Of a DNA stretch of 63,971 bases, positions 27,701 through 41,405 are shown one piece after another. A model generated the notes under the pieces. The model was not told the DNA's origin and ran no database searches. It saw only the letters and a program-made list of their open reading frames with translations. Position numbers and translations under genes: made by a program. Position 1 is the first letter of the stretch. Every line of letters starts with the position of its first letter. The stretch is taken from positions 14,042,288 to 14,106,258 of the forward strand of contig NC_068993.1 of the NCBI RefSeq assembly GCF_001194135.2, in the 5' to 3' direction. Source of the stretch: Octopus bimaculoides. Taxonomy: Eukaryota.

Positions 27701-27827
27701 TGTATTCAGATATAAGCATACATATATATGCAAAATATTACATGGAGATATGTATTTTCTTAGTTATCATCCTATAGTTATAATATAATTAGCAGTATTA
27801 TTATATTATCCATAGCCACGCACGCAC

Positions 27828-27865
<38 letters not shown>

Positions 27866-29443
27866 TGCATATGTACACATATACACAGACACACACAAAC
27901 ACACACAACGCGCACATATATTTATGTATATATATTTGCATATGCACATACATTTTTACATATATTTTACATCCACGTATGCAGACGTACATGCATATAT
28001 ACACGCATTATATATATAATATCAATATATATCTATCTACCTGTCTGTATGTCTGTCTGACTGTCTATCTATTTATGTATCTATCAGTCTGTCTCTTTGT
28101 ATGTATGTATGTATGTATGTATCTATATGTATGTCTTTCTCTCCCCTCTTTCTCTTTCTCTCTTTTTATATATATATATATAGTGTATTCCTATCTCTGT
28201 GTGTGTGTGAATGTGTGCCTGTGTACAATATACATATACTTGTTTACCAACATGGCTTGTAGAACAGTAGTCTATCGAGATTTAATGCCACAGTAAAAGA
28301 AAAGAGTGCTTCCTATTCATCCAATATGAAAATATATGTTCAGTCTAGACGTATCCCGAAGAAAGCAAACGTAGCTTTTGACGTCGTAATTCATTTCACA
28401 GGACATCATATACAGCAGCCCTGATTCTTCCAATAAGAACATATTTCATCGTTATATATCTTGATGATTGTCTTGAAATAATAAAGCAAATTTCTTATTG
28501 TAGACTAGCAATAATACCTAATATTTCTACAATAATTTCATTTGTCTGCTGCACCTATTTTATGACGTACTACTGGAAATAGCTAAGTCTCTTCTCGATT
28601 CTAGGTTTACATGTTTTCAAGATAGGGAAGGGTTCCATTCAAATGGGTTTAGTGATGTGAGATAAATGCGATAGCACTACTATTTTCGTCATGTATATGA
28701 TGGCATTATATATCATTGCTTATATTCATATGTCAGAATATCGAGAGGAACGCACACGGTGATGATATGTACAGTGCCATGTTGGTAACTGGAAACAGAC
28801 ATTATCGACTAAGATAAAATTATATTTCAATTCAATATGTTGAGATATCCATTAGGAGTATTTCTCGTACAAGACACACAAAAACAAGTGCCGAAGGCGG
28901 ATTCTTCAGTGCGTAAGGCAACCGATTTTATAATAGTCTGTTTGCTTTAAATTACTTCACTTTGTTTAAGAATATGAGCCTACATGCGTGATGCTGAAGA
29001 TGAAGAGTCAAATTTCTCACTGCTGAAGCACTAAAATGATCACGATGTGTGAACCAGTTGCTTTATCGGCAGTCAAGTTCACATGTAGAACGCGGGAAAA
29101 CAATGGATAATGACCACAGAATATTTGTTCAAAAAACAGGACAGCAGTTATTAATAACTGTTGTACAAAGTTCACACTGGAATTAAATTAATGACCTCTA
29201 CATGTGCAGATATTGAAAGACCATCAATGTATCTGTTTATATTACTCAAAAATAGCCAGAATTGGCTTTAAAGAAAGTTTAGTTGTTTCAACTGATCAAT
29301 AGAGAATTTGAGTAAACCTATGAGTAACGTACCTTTCATGATTACTGCAAACAACCATAAGCCATATTTACACTGCTAAAGGAACAGAATGTAATGACCA
29401 TTAATTATATATTCTCCACTGTACACACACGCACAAACACACC

Positions 29444-29475
<32 letters not shown>

Positions 29476-29502
29476 CATAAATAAATAAATATATATATAT
29501 AT

Positions 29503-29650
29503 AGTTGAAACACAAAATACGAAGAGAGGTATATAAACAACAAGCAGGTGTATTAGTTTGACGCCCGGGAACATGAGAATCCCTTTTACATTTCGAGCCT
29601 ACGCTCTTCGACGGAAAGGAACACGAGGAAATAAACAGAGAGAGAATAAA
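29503..29650 (-). mobile_element. Hammerhead-bearing repeat, copy H2
   Basis: Minus strand reads TTCCTTT-CCGTCGA-A-GAGC-GTAG-GCTC-GAAATGTA-AAAGGGA (7-bp stem I including one G-U). Shares the body ...CTAATACACCTGCTTGTTG... and ends at (TA)n. Confidence 0.7.
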
Positions 29651-32424
29651 ATATACTTGTGGTTTTAGTGGTCGATCATGGCAACTGATATATATATATA
29701 AATGCGTGGCGAGTTATAGAAACCAATCATTCAAAATGTCAACGAAATATCTAACTACATCTACGTTGATATTCCACCGAGGTATATTAAGATACAAAAC
29801 TATGTAGTAACATGGCTATTAATATATTTTCCGTTTAATTACCATTAATTCAAACTTCACCATCATAAAGATGGACATTTAGATAATGATGTGCTCCAGC
29901 CCGTGTAAATATGTGACTGCTTAGATAAGATAGCTTGAAAGATATTTGGTGAATGCATTATGATTTAGCTCGTGGCCAGTTTTAACTAGGTTCATTGGTG
30001 TCGACATTACTCTGATTCGCATGACCAAGATCCTCCACCTATTATTTTATCTGATAATTACAATCCCATTCTGAGAAATCAACTATTGATTGTTTAACAA
30101 TTTACAATGTCTGAACTCGAAGGGAACTATCACCAGACTGGGAGATAGTGTGGGTGAACGATAATATTCATGGTAAACAAAGCAAAATAGTCACCTGTTA
30201 ACTGCGTTACAGCTTACCTGGAGCTGAACAAAAGATAATTGATTGGTTTAGATGTTTGCGAGAAAGATTGTTGTTATATGACTGTTTGCCTTCTGATAAT
30301 CAAAAAAGAAAACCAAATCATGTGTTTCCTGTAATAACGCAAAAAATTTATAAAAACTGTATGAACCGAACATAAATTAAATAACTATAAATTGCAGGTG
30401 TAGCGATGAACAGCAAAATCGTGACAGGTTTAAGTTTCGGATTCTATGGAAATTACCTCGAGGAAAATGTAAATATTAAGCAATTTAATATTCCTGAAAA
30501 ATATGCAGATGTATAATTGAGGCTATATAAATTATATGAAACCAGAGTATTAACCTTTGAAAGTATTTGAACTTGGAATATCATGCAATAAATAGCAAGC
30601 TCGTAATAATATTCTGTGCACTAGTGTTTCATCATTGTAGCTGACGTAAGAATAGACGAGATATGACTTATAGTTATCTTGTTATGCTAAATAAATGAAT
30701 AGAAATAAAGAAAAAAGAAATATATCAATAGAAAAATATACACAGAAAAATAAAGTAAGATTTATTCGATAATATTGACAAATTTCAAAATAATGCTATA
30801 GTTTGGCAGTATAAAGACTTTGAAGGGAGAAATCAATAATCACAAAAGACATCTGCCGTGCCGCCTCTTGCTGTTGGGCGATTATTCGTTGTAGCCTGCG
30901 CTTACTTTCTTAAACAACATCCATACAAGTGACATGACGATATTTAAGCAAGATGGATGCCAGCTGCTATCAACCTAACACTGTCTTTCACAGTATTCGC
31001 TTGAAAAATATATTTTGCTTTGACTTTTTTCAATCTCTTTCTTCCTATTTCGATACCTAACAAGGGAGCTACTGATTAATCGTGAATTATGAGGGCTTAG
31101 TAAAGAAACGGTTAAAAATCACTTCGCAACGCCATATTGCTTTTTCGACTTGATGAATGGAGTACTGCCTTAAGTTAATCTTTGAAAAGTTTTTGTGCTT
31201 ATTTTTACTGCTTATTCTTTTTATTTTTTATCTTTTCTACTGGTTTCTTGATTTCTTTTTCTATTTGGTTATGTTATTTTATTTGTCAAGAATAGATTAC
31301 TTCGTTCTCAAGCTCAACAAGAATGGATCAGTATATTGGAAGAGAAATCTGTTTAGAAAGAAAAAAAGAGATTCGCGTAAGCAAAATGGAATAACTAATG
31401 AACTTGGCAAAATATCTCTAGCAAGCCCATTTACAACAACTTTAACTCATTAATCGTCACAAAATTATGTATGCATGCGTGTGGTTATTTCTGCGTATGT
31501 GTTTGATGGGGAATGCGATTGAATTTAAGCGTCTGTTTTGCTGTGTTTTTGTATGTGAACGTGTATGCATATGAGTGTATTGGTAAAATAATATTTTAAG
31601 CTTATGTTCTCCCTCCAGTCATTTGGCTATATTCTCTTTAGTGTACACAACAGTCAAATATTTTATGTCATAGCTTATGAATTCAAATTCTTATATACGC
31701 CGAACAAAAGCTAATATAAATTGCGAAAATATTTAAAACTAATAAAAAAAAAGGAACGCAAAAGTAATATCCAACAGCTACGTCATAAAACTATTAAAAT
31801 ATTCCAAGAAATGAAAATAATATTTCAAAACGTATATCACGTAATAACTTGTGGTTAAATTAAAACAACAACAACAATAATAAATCAATATAATAGGGAA
31901 TGTTTATTTACCATTAATTTCACGTATAAAGAAAAAACTAACGAAATTATCAATTATAGTTTTGTTATATAATCTTTTAAATTATTTTTATAACGTCTCA
32001 TATTTCCCGGAAGTCAATTGTAAAATTTCAGTTAATTATTTAAAAAATGATTCAAATGCGCAAGTAACACAACAATAACAGCAGAAACAGAAATAATCAC
32101 AACAACAACGCAACCACTAGCACGATCACCAACACCAGCACCAGCACCAACTTCACCCCAACTAACATCCATAATAGAAGAACGTAAAATGAAAATGAAA
32201 AAGAATGTAATGGTTGGAGCAGAAGAAATTAAGTATTTTGGTGTGGTAATTTTTATATTTAATATATATCATTATAGTGAAGTTGGAGAAAGATATATAT
32301 TTTCTCCTCTCCATCAAGTCAGATATTCAGAAGTGGTTCTTCTAGAATAGATATAGAACTATATATCTGAGGGAAAGATAAGGTAAGAGAATGATAGAAA
32401 ACTTTGTAACTGCGTGTGTGCGAG

Positions 32425-32469
<45 letters not shown>

Positions 32470-33083
32470 GCGTGTGAGTGTGTACGTGGATGTGTAAAAG
32501 TCTATGTTTGTGGTTTTGTGGTTGCGTACATATGAATACTTATGTCGTATATACATGGATCTGTATATTATATANNNNNNNNNNNNNNNNNNNNNNNNNN
32601 NNNNNNNNNNNNNNNNNNNNNNNNNNNNNNNNNNNNNNNNNNNNNNNNTATATATATATATATGATTTATACATTTAAATGTATTGAAATTTTATTTAGG
32701 TGTTGAAGTTTATGGCAGGTCGTGAAGGAATGCATTCACATCCTCATCAGAATTTTTGAGGGCTTGAAATATGATGCTTACATCATCACAATTAAGGGGT
32801 TCTCTATTCGAATTTGCATGCACTCTTACTGCACAGAACAACAAGATCAGTATATCATAAGAGCTACAAACAGATAGGTAGATTGATAAACAGATAGATA
32901 GAGAGATTAATGTATATAGATATATGTATATATACATATATGTGTGCGTGTATGTGTGTGTATGCACATGTGTATTTATATGTGTGTGTATCTGTGTGTA
33001 TGCACATGTGTATATATATATGTGTGTATATATGTCTGTACATGTGTATATATATACATGTATATATATATATATGTGTGTGT

Positions 33084-33235
33084 AGTTGAAATTTACAGAA
33101 AAACAAAAGTCAGGTGTATGAACAACAAGCAGGTGTATTAATTTTACGCTCGAGAAAGTGGGAAAGTGTTTTACATTTTGATTCTACGTTCTTCAACAGA
33201 AAGGGATATGAGGAAATACACACAAAGAGAATAAC
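33084..33235 (-). mobile_element. Hammerhead-bearing repeat, copy H3 (decayed core)
   Basis: Minus strand reads CTTT-CTGTTGA-A-GAAC-GTAG-AATC-AAAATGTA-AAAC, with the same body as H2. Ends at a (CA)/(TA) tract. Confidence 0.6.
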
Positions 33236-33309
33236 AGGACTTGTAAATTTAGCGATCAATATGCATTTCTCTTCCAGTCATTCCATCATGTTAAATCGTT
33301 AAACCCTAT

Positions 33310-33461
33310 ACATTTTTCCATCTCCGTTTTTTTGGTTTTCAATCGTTTCTCTTGCAGAGCGTAGGCTCGAAACGTCAAAGATGTTTCCATTCTTCCCAAC
33401 TATTACACTTGGTTGATGTTCTATCTCCTGATTGCGTGCTTTGTTTTCTGTAAATTTGAAA
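33310..33461 (+). mobile_element. Hammerhead-bearing repeat, copy H4 (5' core partly deleted)
   Basis: TTGCA-GAGC-GTAG-GCTC-GAAACGTC-AAAG at ~33352-33380. Ends TTTTCTGTAAATTTGAAA followed by (TA)n. Confidence 0.6.
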
Positions 33462-33604
33462 TATATATATGTAGTGTAGATATATGTACTAACATATATG
33501 CCCGCACACACACACACAGATACACACACTTGCACAAGATAAAAGCGATGTAATGCCAGAATCTTGTGAAAATTGAATAAAGTCATTGTTATATGTCTTA
33601 CATT

Positions 33605-33745
33605 TCTTTAACCACCGAGTTCAAATCGCACCGTGATGAATTTTCGTGCCGTTGAACCTTTCGAGTTCGATATCTCAATATATCAGTTAAATACAAAGGG
33701 TTATATAATCGACTAACCCCCTCCCGTTAAAATTGCCGGTTCCGA
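33605..33745 (+). mobile_element. SINE family A (decayed 3' half)
   Basis: CGAGTTCAAATCGC…CCTTTCGAGTTCGAT…ATAATCGACTAACCCCCTCCC. Confidence 0.55.
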
Positions 33746-34349
33746 AACAACATTAGACATTAAATAAAAGCAACGGCAACAACGAAATCACAATTTTGTT
33801 GTTGCTGTTGTTTGCAATGAATGCATACGTACAAAGCATATCACTCACAAACACATCGATCCATTACGATACTTGCAATAAGTTTACGTTGTCCAGACCC
33901 AAGAATAACGTTTCTAATTATACCCTTTTGTCTTATAACGACTATAAAACAGTAACTCTGTTTAAACTACAGTTTTGTTGCTGTCATTCTATGTTACATA
34001 ACCATGGGTTTATGTTTGTTTGTTGATGTTATCAAAATTGTGATCATTCAGTAAATAATGTTATTGGAGACTTAATTAGTCGTGTTTTCTTTTACATAAT
34101 AGATATAAATATGTTAAATGTTTGGTGTTGAACTTTTGGCTCACCTTTATAGTGTCTGCGAGACTCTGGGCTAAAACTCACGCACCAAATCGTTTGCCAT
34201 TTTATTTGCATTACGCTATCATTTATCATTCCTCATGATCATCATGTACAACTACGTGTACATGAAGATGTTTTATTTACTTTGGTCAATTCTAGAAAAT
34301 TGTCGCATGCCTTTTGACAATTTCAGAGCATGTTGAACATACTTTGTAC

Positions 34350-34378
34350 GTGAGTCTTGGCCCACCCTGTATATAATT
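34350..34378 (-). mobile_element. Solo Tc1-like TIR fragment
   Basis: TATA-CAGGGTGGGCCAAGACTCAC resembles CAGGGTG(G)-type TIR starts. No partner end found. Confidence 0.35.
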
Positions 34379-37300
34379 ACATTAACCTGTATACTCTTCG
34401 TTTTGAAACACAACACAAAATTCATTGAATGATATCGGGCTTCGCGTTCTTTTTCAGCGATTGACTGCGTAGAACCACACTTGCAGTAACGTTTAGGAAT
34501 TGGATTTAGCCAATTTACAATTTCAGCCACGACAATACGACTTTCCCTTAACTTTTATCACAAAATTTGTATTTATCTGAAGCATTACTCTATACCAAAA
34601 GCAGTGGAATTTCAATTTCAGAAATTCTGACTGTTCTTTCCAGCAGATATATGAACCAATTACAAATCCATCACATCAGATGGTATTCACGCTTGTATTT
34701 CAAGCGAGTGTATTTTATTTCCAATTAACACTTGTGATTTACTTACAAGTTAATGTAATTTACATTTCGATATTGACACTTGCAAATTCAAAATGTTTAT
34801 TTTCTTTCTACGATATACAGAGTCGACGAAATCATTTGAACGTGTTTTAACAAACTAATACGATTATCAATTGAATATCAGTTAAGTCAGTTCATATCTA
34901 CCAAATTTTATGTACCCATATACATACGCAAGAACACACTGACATGGGAAAGCACACTGCTCATAAACACGCACGCATGCACTAACGACATTCCTCAGAA
35001 CGAGTCTAAATCCGTGAGTGTCTGTGTATATAAGCATAGAGGTTATGTCACTATCTCTCTCAATATATATGTGTGCGTATATTCCCATTGCATATATATA
35101 TATATATGTACATACATATATATTTATATGTGTGTGTTTATCCATGTATATATTCATATATAAATAGGTACGTGTTTATCTATACAAGCTTTTATACCTA
35201 TATATATATATATATACACATATATATACGTTATTTATATATACATATATCACCTACGGTATATATACAAATATATATGCATGTCTATATGTGTATGCAT
35301 ACATATATNNNNNNNNNNNNNNNNNNNNNNNNNNNNNNNNNNNNNNNNNNNNNNNNNNNNNNNNNNNNNNNNNNNNNNNNNNNNNNNNNNNNNNNNNNNN
35401 NNNNNNNNNNNNNNNNNNNNNNNNNNNNNNNTATATATGCATACTTATTTATACATATATGTATGCATGTGTATATTCACACTCATATATACAATTACAT
35501 GCAACATTATTAAACTAACACGAACGACAAATTACACACCAACTCTTCACTTTTTATTGTTTCTTTTTCAATTTTTTAAAGAAATATCAAAATGATAGCA
35601 GATATCAAAATACGACCACATTCATATAAATACATGCACACATATATACGCAAAGAAGCAGATTAAAATGACGTATACTAAAACAGCTGTAACTCCTATG
35701 CTTTCAAACAAACAGTGGCACTGAATTTCGTTTGGAAATGAAATAAATTTGCGTAAGAAAGTTTAATATGGAATATATATCGGAAAAATATTTTTCCATT
35801 TAATTTTCAATTTTAATGTAGTTTTGATGTTCTTTCCATCTTATTTGTACGTGTATGTGAGCTTGTGTACATAGATATTCTGCATGCACACACGCACAGG
35901 CTCACACAAACAAGCATACACAAACAAACGTGTGTGTGTATATATATANNNNNNNNNNNNNNNNNNNNNNNNNNNNNNNNNNNNNNNNNNNNNNNNNNNN
36001 NNNNNNNNNNNNNNNNNNNNNNNNNNNNNNNNNNNNNNNNNNNNNNNNNNNNNNNNNNNNNNNNNNNNNNNNNNNNNNNNNNNNNNNNNNNNNNNNNNNN
36101 NNNNNNNNNNNNNNNNNNNNNNNNNNNNNNNNNNNNNNNNNNNNNNNNNNNNNNNNNNNNNNNNNNNNNNNNNNNNNNNNNNNNNNNNNNNNNNNNNNNN
36201 NNNNNNNNNNNNNNNNNNNNNNNNNNNNNNNNNNNNNNNNNNNNNNNNNNNNNNNNNNNNNNNNNNNNNNNNNNNNNNNNNNNNNNNNNNNNNNNNNNNN
36301 NNNNNNNNNNNNNNNNNNNNNNNNNNNNNNNNNNNNNNNNNNNNNNNNNNNNNNNNNNNNNNNNNNNNNNNNNNNNNNNNNNNNNNNNNNNNNNNNNNNN
36401 NNNNNNNNNNNNNNNNNNNNNNNNNNNNNNNNNNNNNNNNNNNNNNNNNNNNNNNNNNNNNNNNNNNNNNNNNNNNNNNNNNNNNNNNNNNNNNNNNNNN
36501 NNNNNNNNNNNNNNNNNNNNNNNNNNNNNNNNNNNNNNNNNNNNNNNNNNNNNNNNNNNNNNNNNNNNNNNNNNNNNNNNNNNNNNNNNNNNNNNNNNNN
36601 NNNNNNNNNNNNNNNNNNNNNNNNNNNNNNNNNNNNNNNNNNNNNNNNNNNNNNNNNNNNNNNNNNNNNNNNNNNNNNNNNNNNNNNNNNNNNNNNNNNN
36701 NNNNNNNNNNNNNNNNNNNNNNNNNNNNNNNNNNNNNNNNNNNNNNNNNNNNNNNNNNNNNNNNNNNNNNNNNNNNNNNNNNNNNNNNNNNNNNNNNNNN
36801 NNNNNNNNNNNNNNNNNNNNNNNNNNNNNNNNNNNNNNNNNNNNNNNNNNNNNNNNNNNNNNNNNNNNNNNNNNATATATATAAACATACACAATCATAC
36901 ATATATTCGTAGTTACATACTTACACACTTATTCAGATATTCATATGCATAGAGTGAAGGCAAGTGGGCATGTTTACGTGATTACGTATATCGTTCGATG
37001 TAAGATTTCGTTTCATATGTTTATCGCTGTAAGTTTGCATGTAGATACACGCGAAAGATCTTGTAAATACTTGCAGCATTTCAAAATCCAATGAAAATCT
37101 TATTGATATTAAAGCAACGAAAAAAGGAAATATTAATCTTGTTTTATATTGAAATAAATTGATACATTACATTTTTCGCTCTCTTTGAGATCTTTTCCCT
37201 TATTAATTTTTCGTTTGATATAAATTAAATTATTTAAAAACTGTAAAGACATATCTATGTCAATGCATTTAGGAAAATATAATTATTTCCTCTGCGAAGT

Positions 37301-39071
37301 ATACATCTATATTTGAATAAAATCGTTTATGTACATGCTTGTAGAGAAACGAGCATAACGCATTTTCAATACTTTAAAGCATATAAATTTATATATTTCA
37401 ACATTGACTTGAACGTGAGATCAGTTCATAAGAATACATTGGTGATAAGGGGATATCTCGTGTACGTGCACTTTCTATAGATATTAGCAAAATACTATAT
37501 GCTGATATCAGTATGCTTAAATGTTCAAAAATAAACACACAATAATGCATATAATGACAGAAACACGGGGATGTCGACTCGATATGTTTTCTCACACATA
37601 CTCAGAATCACACACACAGGCAGATATAGCCCAGTCACATATATATATATATATATCAACAGTGAGGGAGAGCCCTATACGCAAAGAATGACAGTCATGC
37701 ACAGATACTATTAATATGTCATGATATAGTATTTCACTTCACCGGGCTCATTTCCTTCTTCAATATAAATGTTTAATATTCTGAAAATAAATATATACCA
37801 ATAAGTACAGCATACATACGCAATAACACTCACGTATTGATATTAATACAATTATATATTGATAGAAGCATGTGTAGTTATATATAGATATGCATGTTCG
37901 TGTCAATAACATGCGTGTAAATAAACTATTATTTTTTTACAATATTCATGAAATATATATTAGGATACACTTATTGAAATATCTAAATATATATATGCAT
38001 ATACACACATCTATCCAGTCATATATACATCCATGCATATATGCGTATATACATACAAATGTCCATATATCCAGAAATGTATGTACGAGTTGCATACACG
38101 CGCATACACGTGGAGATCACTCTCATTCTTTCTGTCTGTATATATATATATATATATATACACACATAAATACCCATATTTTCACATATTTATACGAGTG
38201 AATATATCCTGTGAATATCTAATCAACAAAAGCGTGCATGCGTTCACAGCAATGCAATTATAGAACTTTGCAAATGATATTTAAATATGTTATCATTATG
38301 AGATTTGTGTAATCACTTGGAAAGTATATTATGTAATAACAGTACTAATTATTTTATATCGATTTGCTAGTTTCTTGTATATAGTCACACAGACGCACTT
38401 TCACACACTTTTGTGCGAACGCGCACGCATTCAATTTACAGAAATATACACAATGAAAATTTAATATAAACTTGATTATTCAATCCTTTTCCTTTTTCTT
38501 TTCAATTTGTCAAGTTCGAAGGACAAAGGATCTGCGCCTTCGGTCCTCTCGCTATGTGTGTGTGTGTGTGTATGTATATATGTATATAGATGTACATGTA
38601 TATATATGTATATATATATATATATATNNNNNNNNNNNNNNNNNNNNNNNNNNNNNNNNNNNNNNNNNNNNNNNNNNNNNNNNNNNNNNNNNNNNNNNNN
38701 NNNNNNNNNNNNNNNNNNNNNNNNNNNNNNNNNNNNNNNNNNNNNNNNNNNNNNNNNNNNNNNNNNNNNNNNNNNNNNNNNNNNNNNNNNNNNNNNNNNN
38801 NNNNNNNNNNNNNNNNNNNNNNNNNNNNNNNNNNNNNNNNNNNNNNNNNNNNNNNNNNNNNNNNNNNNNNNNNNNNNNNNNNNNNNNNNNNNNNNNNNNN
38901 NNNNNNNNNNNNNNNNNNNNNNNNNNNNNNNNNNNNNNNNNNNNNNNNNNNNNNNNNNNNNNNNNNNNNNNNNNNNNNNNNNNNNNNNNNNNNNNNNNNN
39001 NNNNNNNNNNNNNNNNNNNNNNNNNNNNNNNNNNNNNNNNNNNNNNNNNNNNNNNNNNTATATATATATAT

Positions 39072-39440
39072 ATCGACCCCGAAAGGAAGAAGGGTTAAAA
39101 TCGACACAAGTGGAATTTGAACTGACAACGTAGCGTCGGGCGAAATACCGATAAGCATTTTGCCCGGGCAAACGATTCTGCCAGCTCGCCGCCTTATGGT
39201 AGAAAGACATAATTTTGTCCCCGAGATGCAGGATAATAAGTGCTTCTTTTGCATTCCATTTCTCGTAGTTATTACTACTTATTTAAATTACCTGAATTTG
39301 ATATTACTAATACAAACCGTCTGAGTTTAAATTTCACCGAGGGCTACTTTACCTTTCATCCTTTTTGGGTCGATAAATTAACTACCAGTTGCGTAGTGTG
39401 GTTGATATAATCGACTGGCCCTCCCCTCAAAACATTTTGG
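39072..39440. mobile_element. Two SINE family A half-copies in opposite orientation (minus 39072-39196, plus 39318-39440)
   Basis: Minus copy carries the head through GGGGTCGA. Plus copy starts at TCTGAGTTTAAATT. Confidence 0.75.
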
Positions 39441-39674
39441 AGTTTGTTCATAGAGTAGTAAAGATTATTGCTAATTCAAAATCTGTTTCTTTGTAAGTTA
39501 TTCTCATATCTCAAAATTATTTAAACAACACTTCTCGAAATGGCGAATCGATTCAGGACGGCTGATGCTTTCCGTCAATTTCCTCTCACTAGCCATTCAT
39601 AGTTAGTCTGGAAACAATTGTCTTGCTGGGAAGTTAAATGAGCTGAGTAACGAACATAAATGAGTTGAGTGAAA

Positions 39675-40030
39675 GAGTTGAGTAAAGAACATAACAAATT
39701 TATGAAACTCAATGCTAGAGAAATTGAGTTAAAAACTTTTGGAAATCCATTTAATGCTGACGTTGAAAACACAAGAAAGGAATTAAAACTGGAAATAACT
39801 GAAGTTTAATGCAATAAATTTCTTCGCCAAAAATTCGAAGAAAAATGTTTGTTACAGTTTTATGGAACTTTTGTCGAAGAAGCTACTTCAAAATTGCATG
39901 TCTTGTTAGACGATATACCACAATGTTTGATAGTATGTATAGATGCGAACAACTGTTTTTAGAGCGAAAATAATGATGTGGAAAACTAGGTCAAGATTGA
40001 CAGATATTCATCTCGAAGGCAATTTAAAAG
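39675..40030 (+). mobile_element. hAT (Charlie/SPIN/GTF2IRD2-like) transposase C-terminal remnant
   Basis: TFGNPFNADVE..RKELKLEITEV*CNKFLRQKF…LLQFY; TMFDSMYRCEQLF matches MFGSTY.CEQLFS; TRSRLTDIHLEG. Confidence 0.8.
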
Positions 40031-40593
40031 TTCCTACATCGTAAATATCTGTCAAAGTTAGACAAGTTCAAAAATTGCAGCACCGAGCTTCTCACTGAAA
40101 TGTGTGAGTAAATTATTTCTATGTACGTCAAAGACAAATGAATAATAAATTCTAAATTTCTTCTCTGTGTTTTGATGAAGAGTGTTTTAGAAAATGTATT
40201 TTGCCAACTTTGTTCGGCACTATTTACATTCATACGCTCTACGAACCTTGTTAGACACTGCTAAGTTCCTCCTGGTTTCTTTCTTTTATATTTAGTTCTT
40301 CCCCTTTTTCTCGTTGCCATAGATTATATCAGTTTGCATAAAACACATTCATAACAATGCTGTTTCTTGAAATTTTGATTTTTCATAGAAGTTAACGTTT
40401 TCACCAATTTAAGTCATTGACGATTTTCACGAAGGAATATCTTACGTGTAAAATATTTTTCGTTAAGAAAGGGGAAACAATTCAATATACATAATTTCGT
40501 CTTCGCCGAATAACTATAATATTTATTATGAAAACTATTCTTTATGCAGGGGGATAATCTGTTTTCACCACTCGAAACTTCAGCCGAGAGGGT

Positions 40594-40656
40594 CTACCTG
40601 TGGTTGCCTACCTGTGGTTGCCTACCTGTGGTTGCCTACCTGTGGTTGCCTACCTG
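40594..40656 (+). repeat. Perfect 14-bp minisatellite (CTACCTGTGGTTGC) x4.5
   Basis: Direct reading: identical units with no spacers. Confidence 0.95.
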
Positions 40657-40981
40657 CAGCAAGAAGCAATCAAATCTACTTCAAATGAGACTCCACGCCT
40701 TTCAGCAAAGAAGATTATAAACAATGTCAACATATACATAACTAACAAAAAAATAAATAAATCATACGAATAATAATTCGTGGAATGATTTTGTTAGAGA
40801 CGCAGACATACCTCTTTGGTTAAGAAGGTCGCTTTACAACCACGTTGGTTGGAGCTGAATTGTACTGAGCGGCATCGTGGGCAAGTGTCTTCTAATATAT
40901 CACAGCCAAGGTAACGAATGCCTTGTTAATGAACTTGGTCGAACCTGTAAAAAATGAATGTCACCTCACCGTGTGTGTGTA

Positions 40982-41023
<42 letters not shown>

Positions 41024-41405
41024 CATGTGTGTGTGTGTGTGTGTGTATACATGTGTGTGTGTGTGTATAAATATAAACAAATTAGCTTTTGTTTGTATCA
41101 GAGTAGTAATATGCAGTAAACAATAAAAGCTAGATTTTTTTTTCCGAACGCAGAATTGTCGTTTGAGCTGCAGAAATACTGGGTAAATTACACTTACAAA
41201 GTGGAAACATTGGTCAAAAATTAGGATTCGAACCCATAACCCGCAAAGTGCTTCAACATTAAGATAAACTGTCCACTGACAAATTCATCCGTGATTGTAC
41301 ACGCTAAGGAGCTAAGTGTACAACTAAGTGTATAAATATAAACAAACTAAAATTTATTTATATGCGTCCATATGTGTATTGAAGGATACAAATTAGATGA
41401 TATGC

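Noticed and set aside
31291-31376. Candidate exon after a long T-rich tract (IDYFVLKLNKNGSVYWKRNLF… or NRLLRSQAQQEWISILEEKSV*)
   Set aside because: AAG acceptor, two equally plausible frames, and only superficial resemblance to channel or PH motifs. It needs RNA-seq.
32782-32828. Minus-strand candidate exon RVHANSNREPLNCDD with a GTAAGC donor
   Set aside because: Plausible splice signals but no recognisable product. Many similar chance candidates occur on both strands.
35813-36952. The longest ORFs in the track (330-371 aa) and all other X-rich ORFs
   Set aside because: They stay open only because N-gaps contain no stop codons. The flanks are YI/CV/HT dipeptide microsatellite translations.
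40594-40656. CRISPR-like array
   Set aside because: Units are contiguous with no unique spacers, the context is eukaryotic, and there are no cas genes. The same applies to the 31-bp repeat at 59351.
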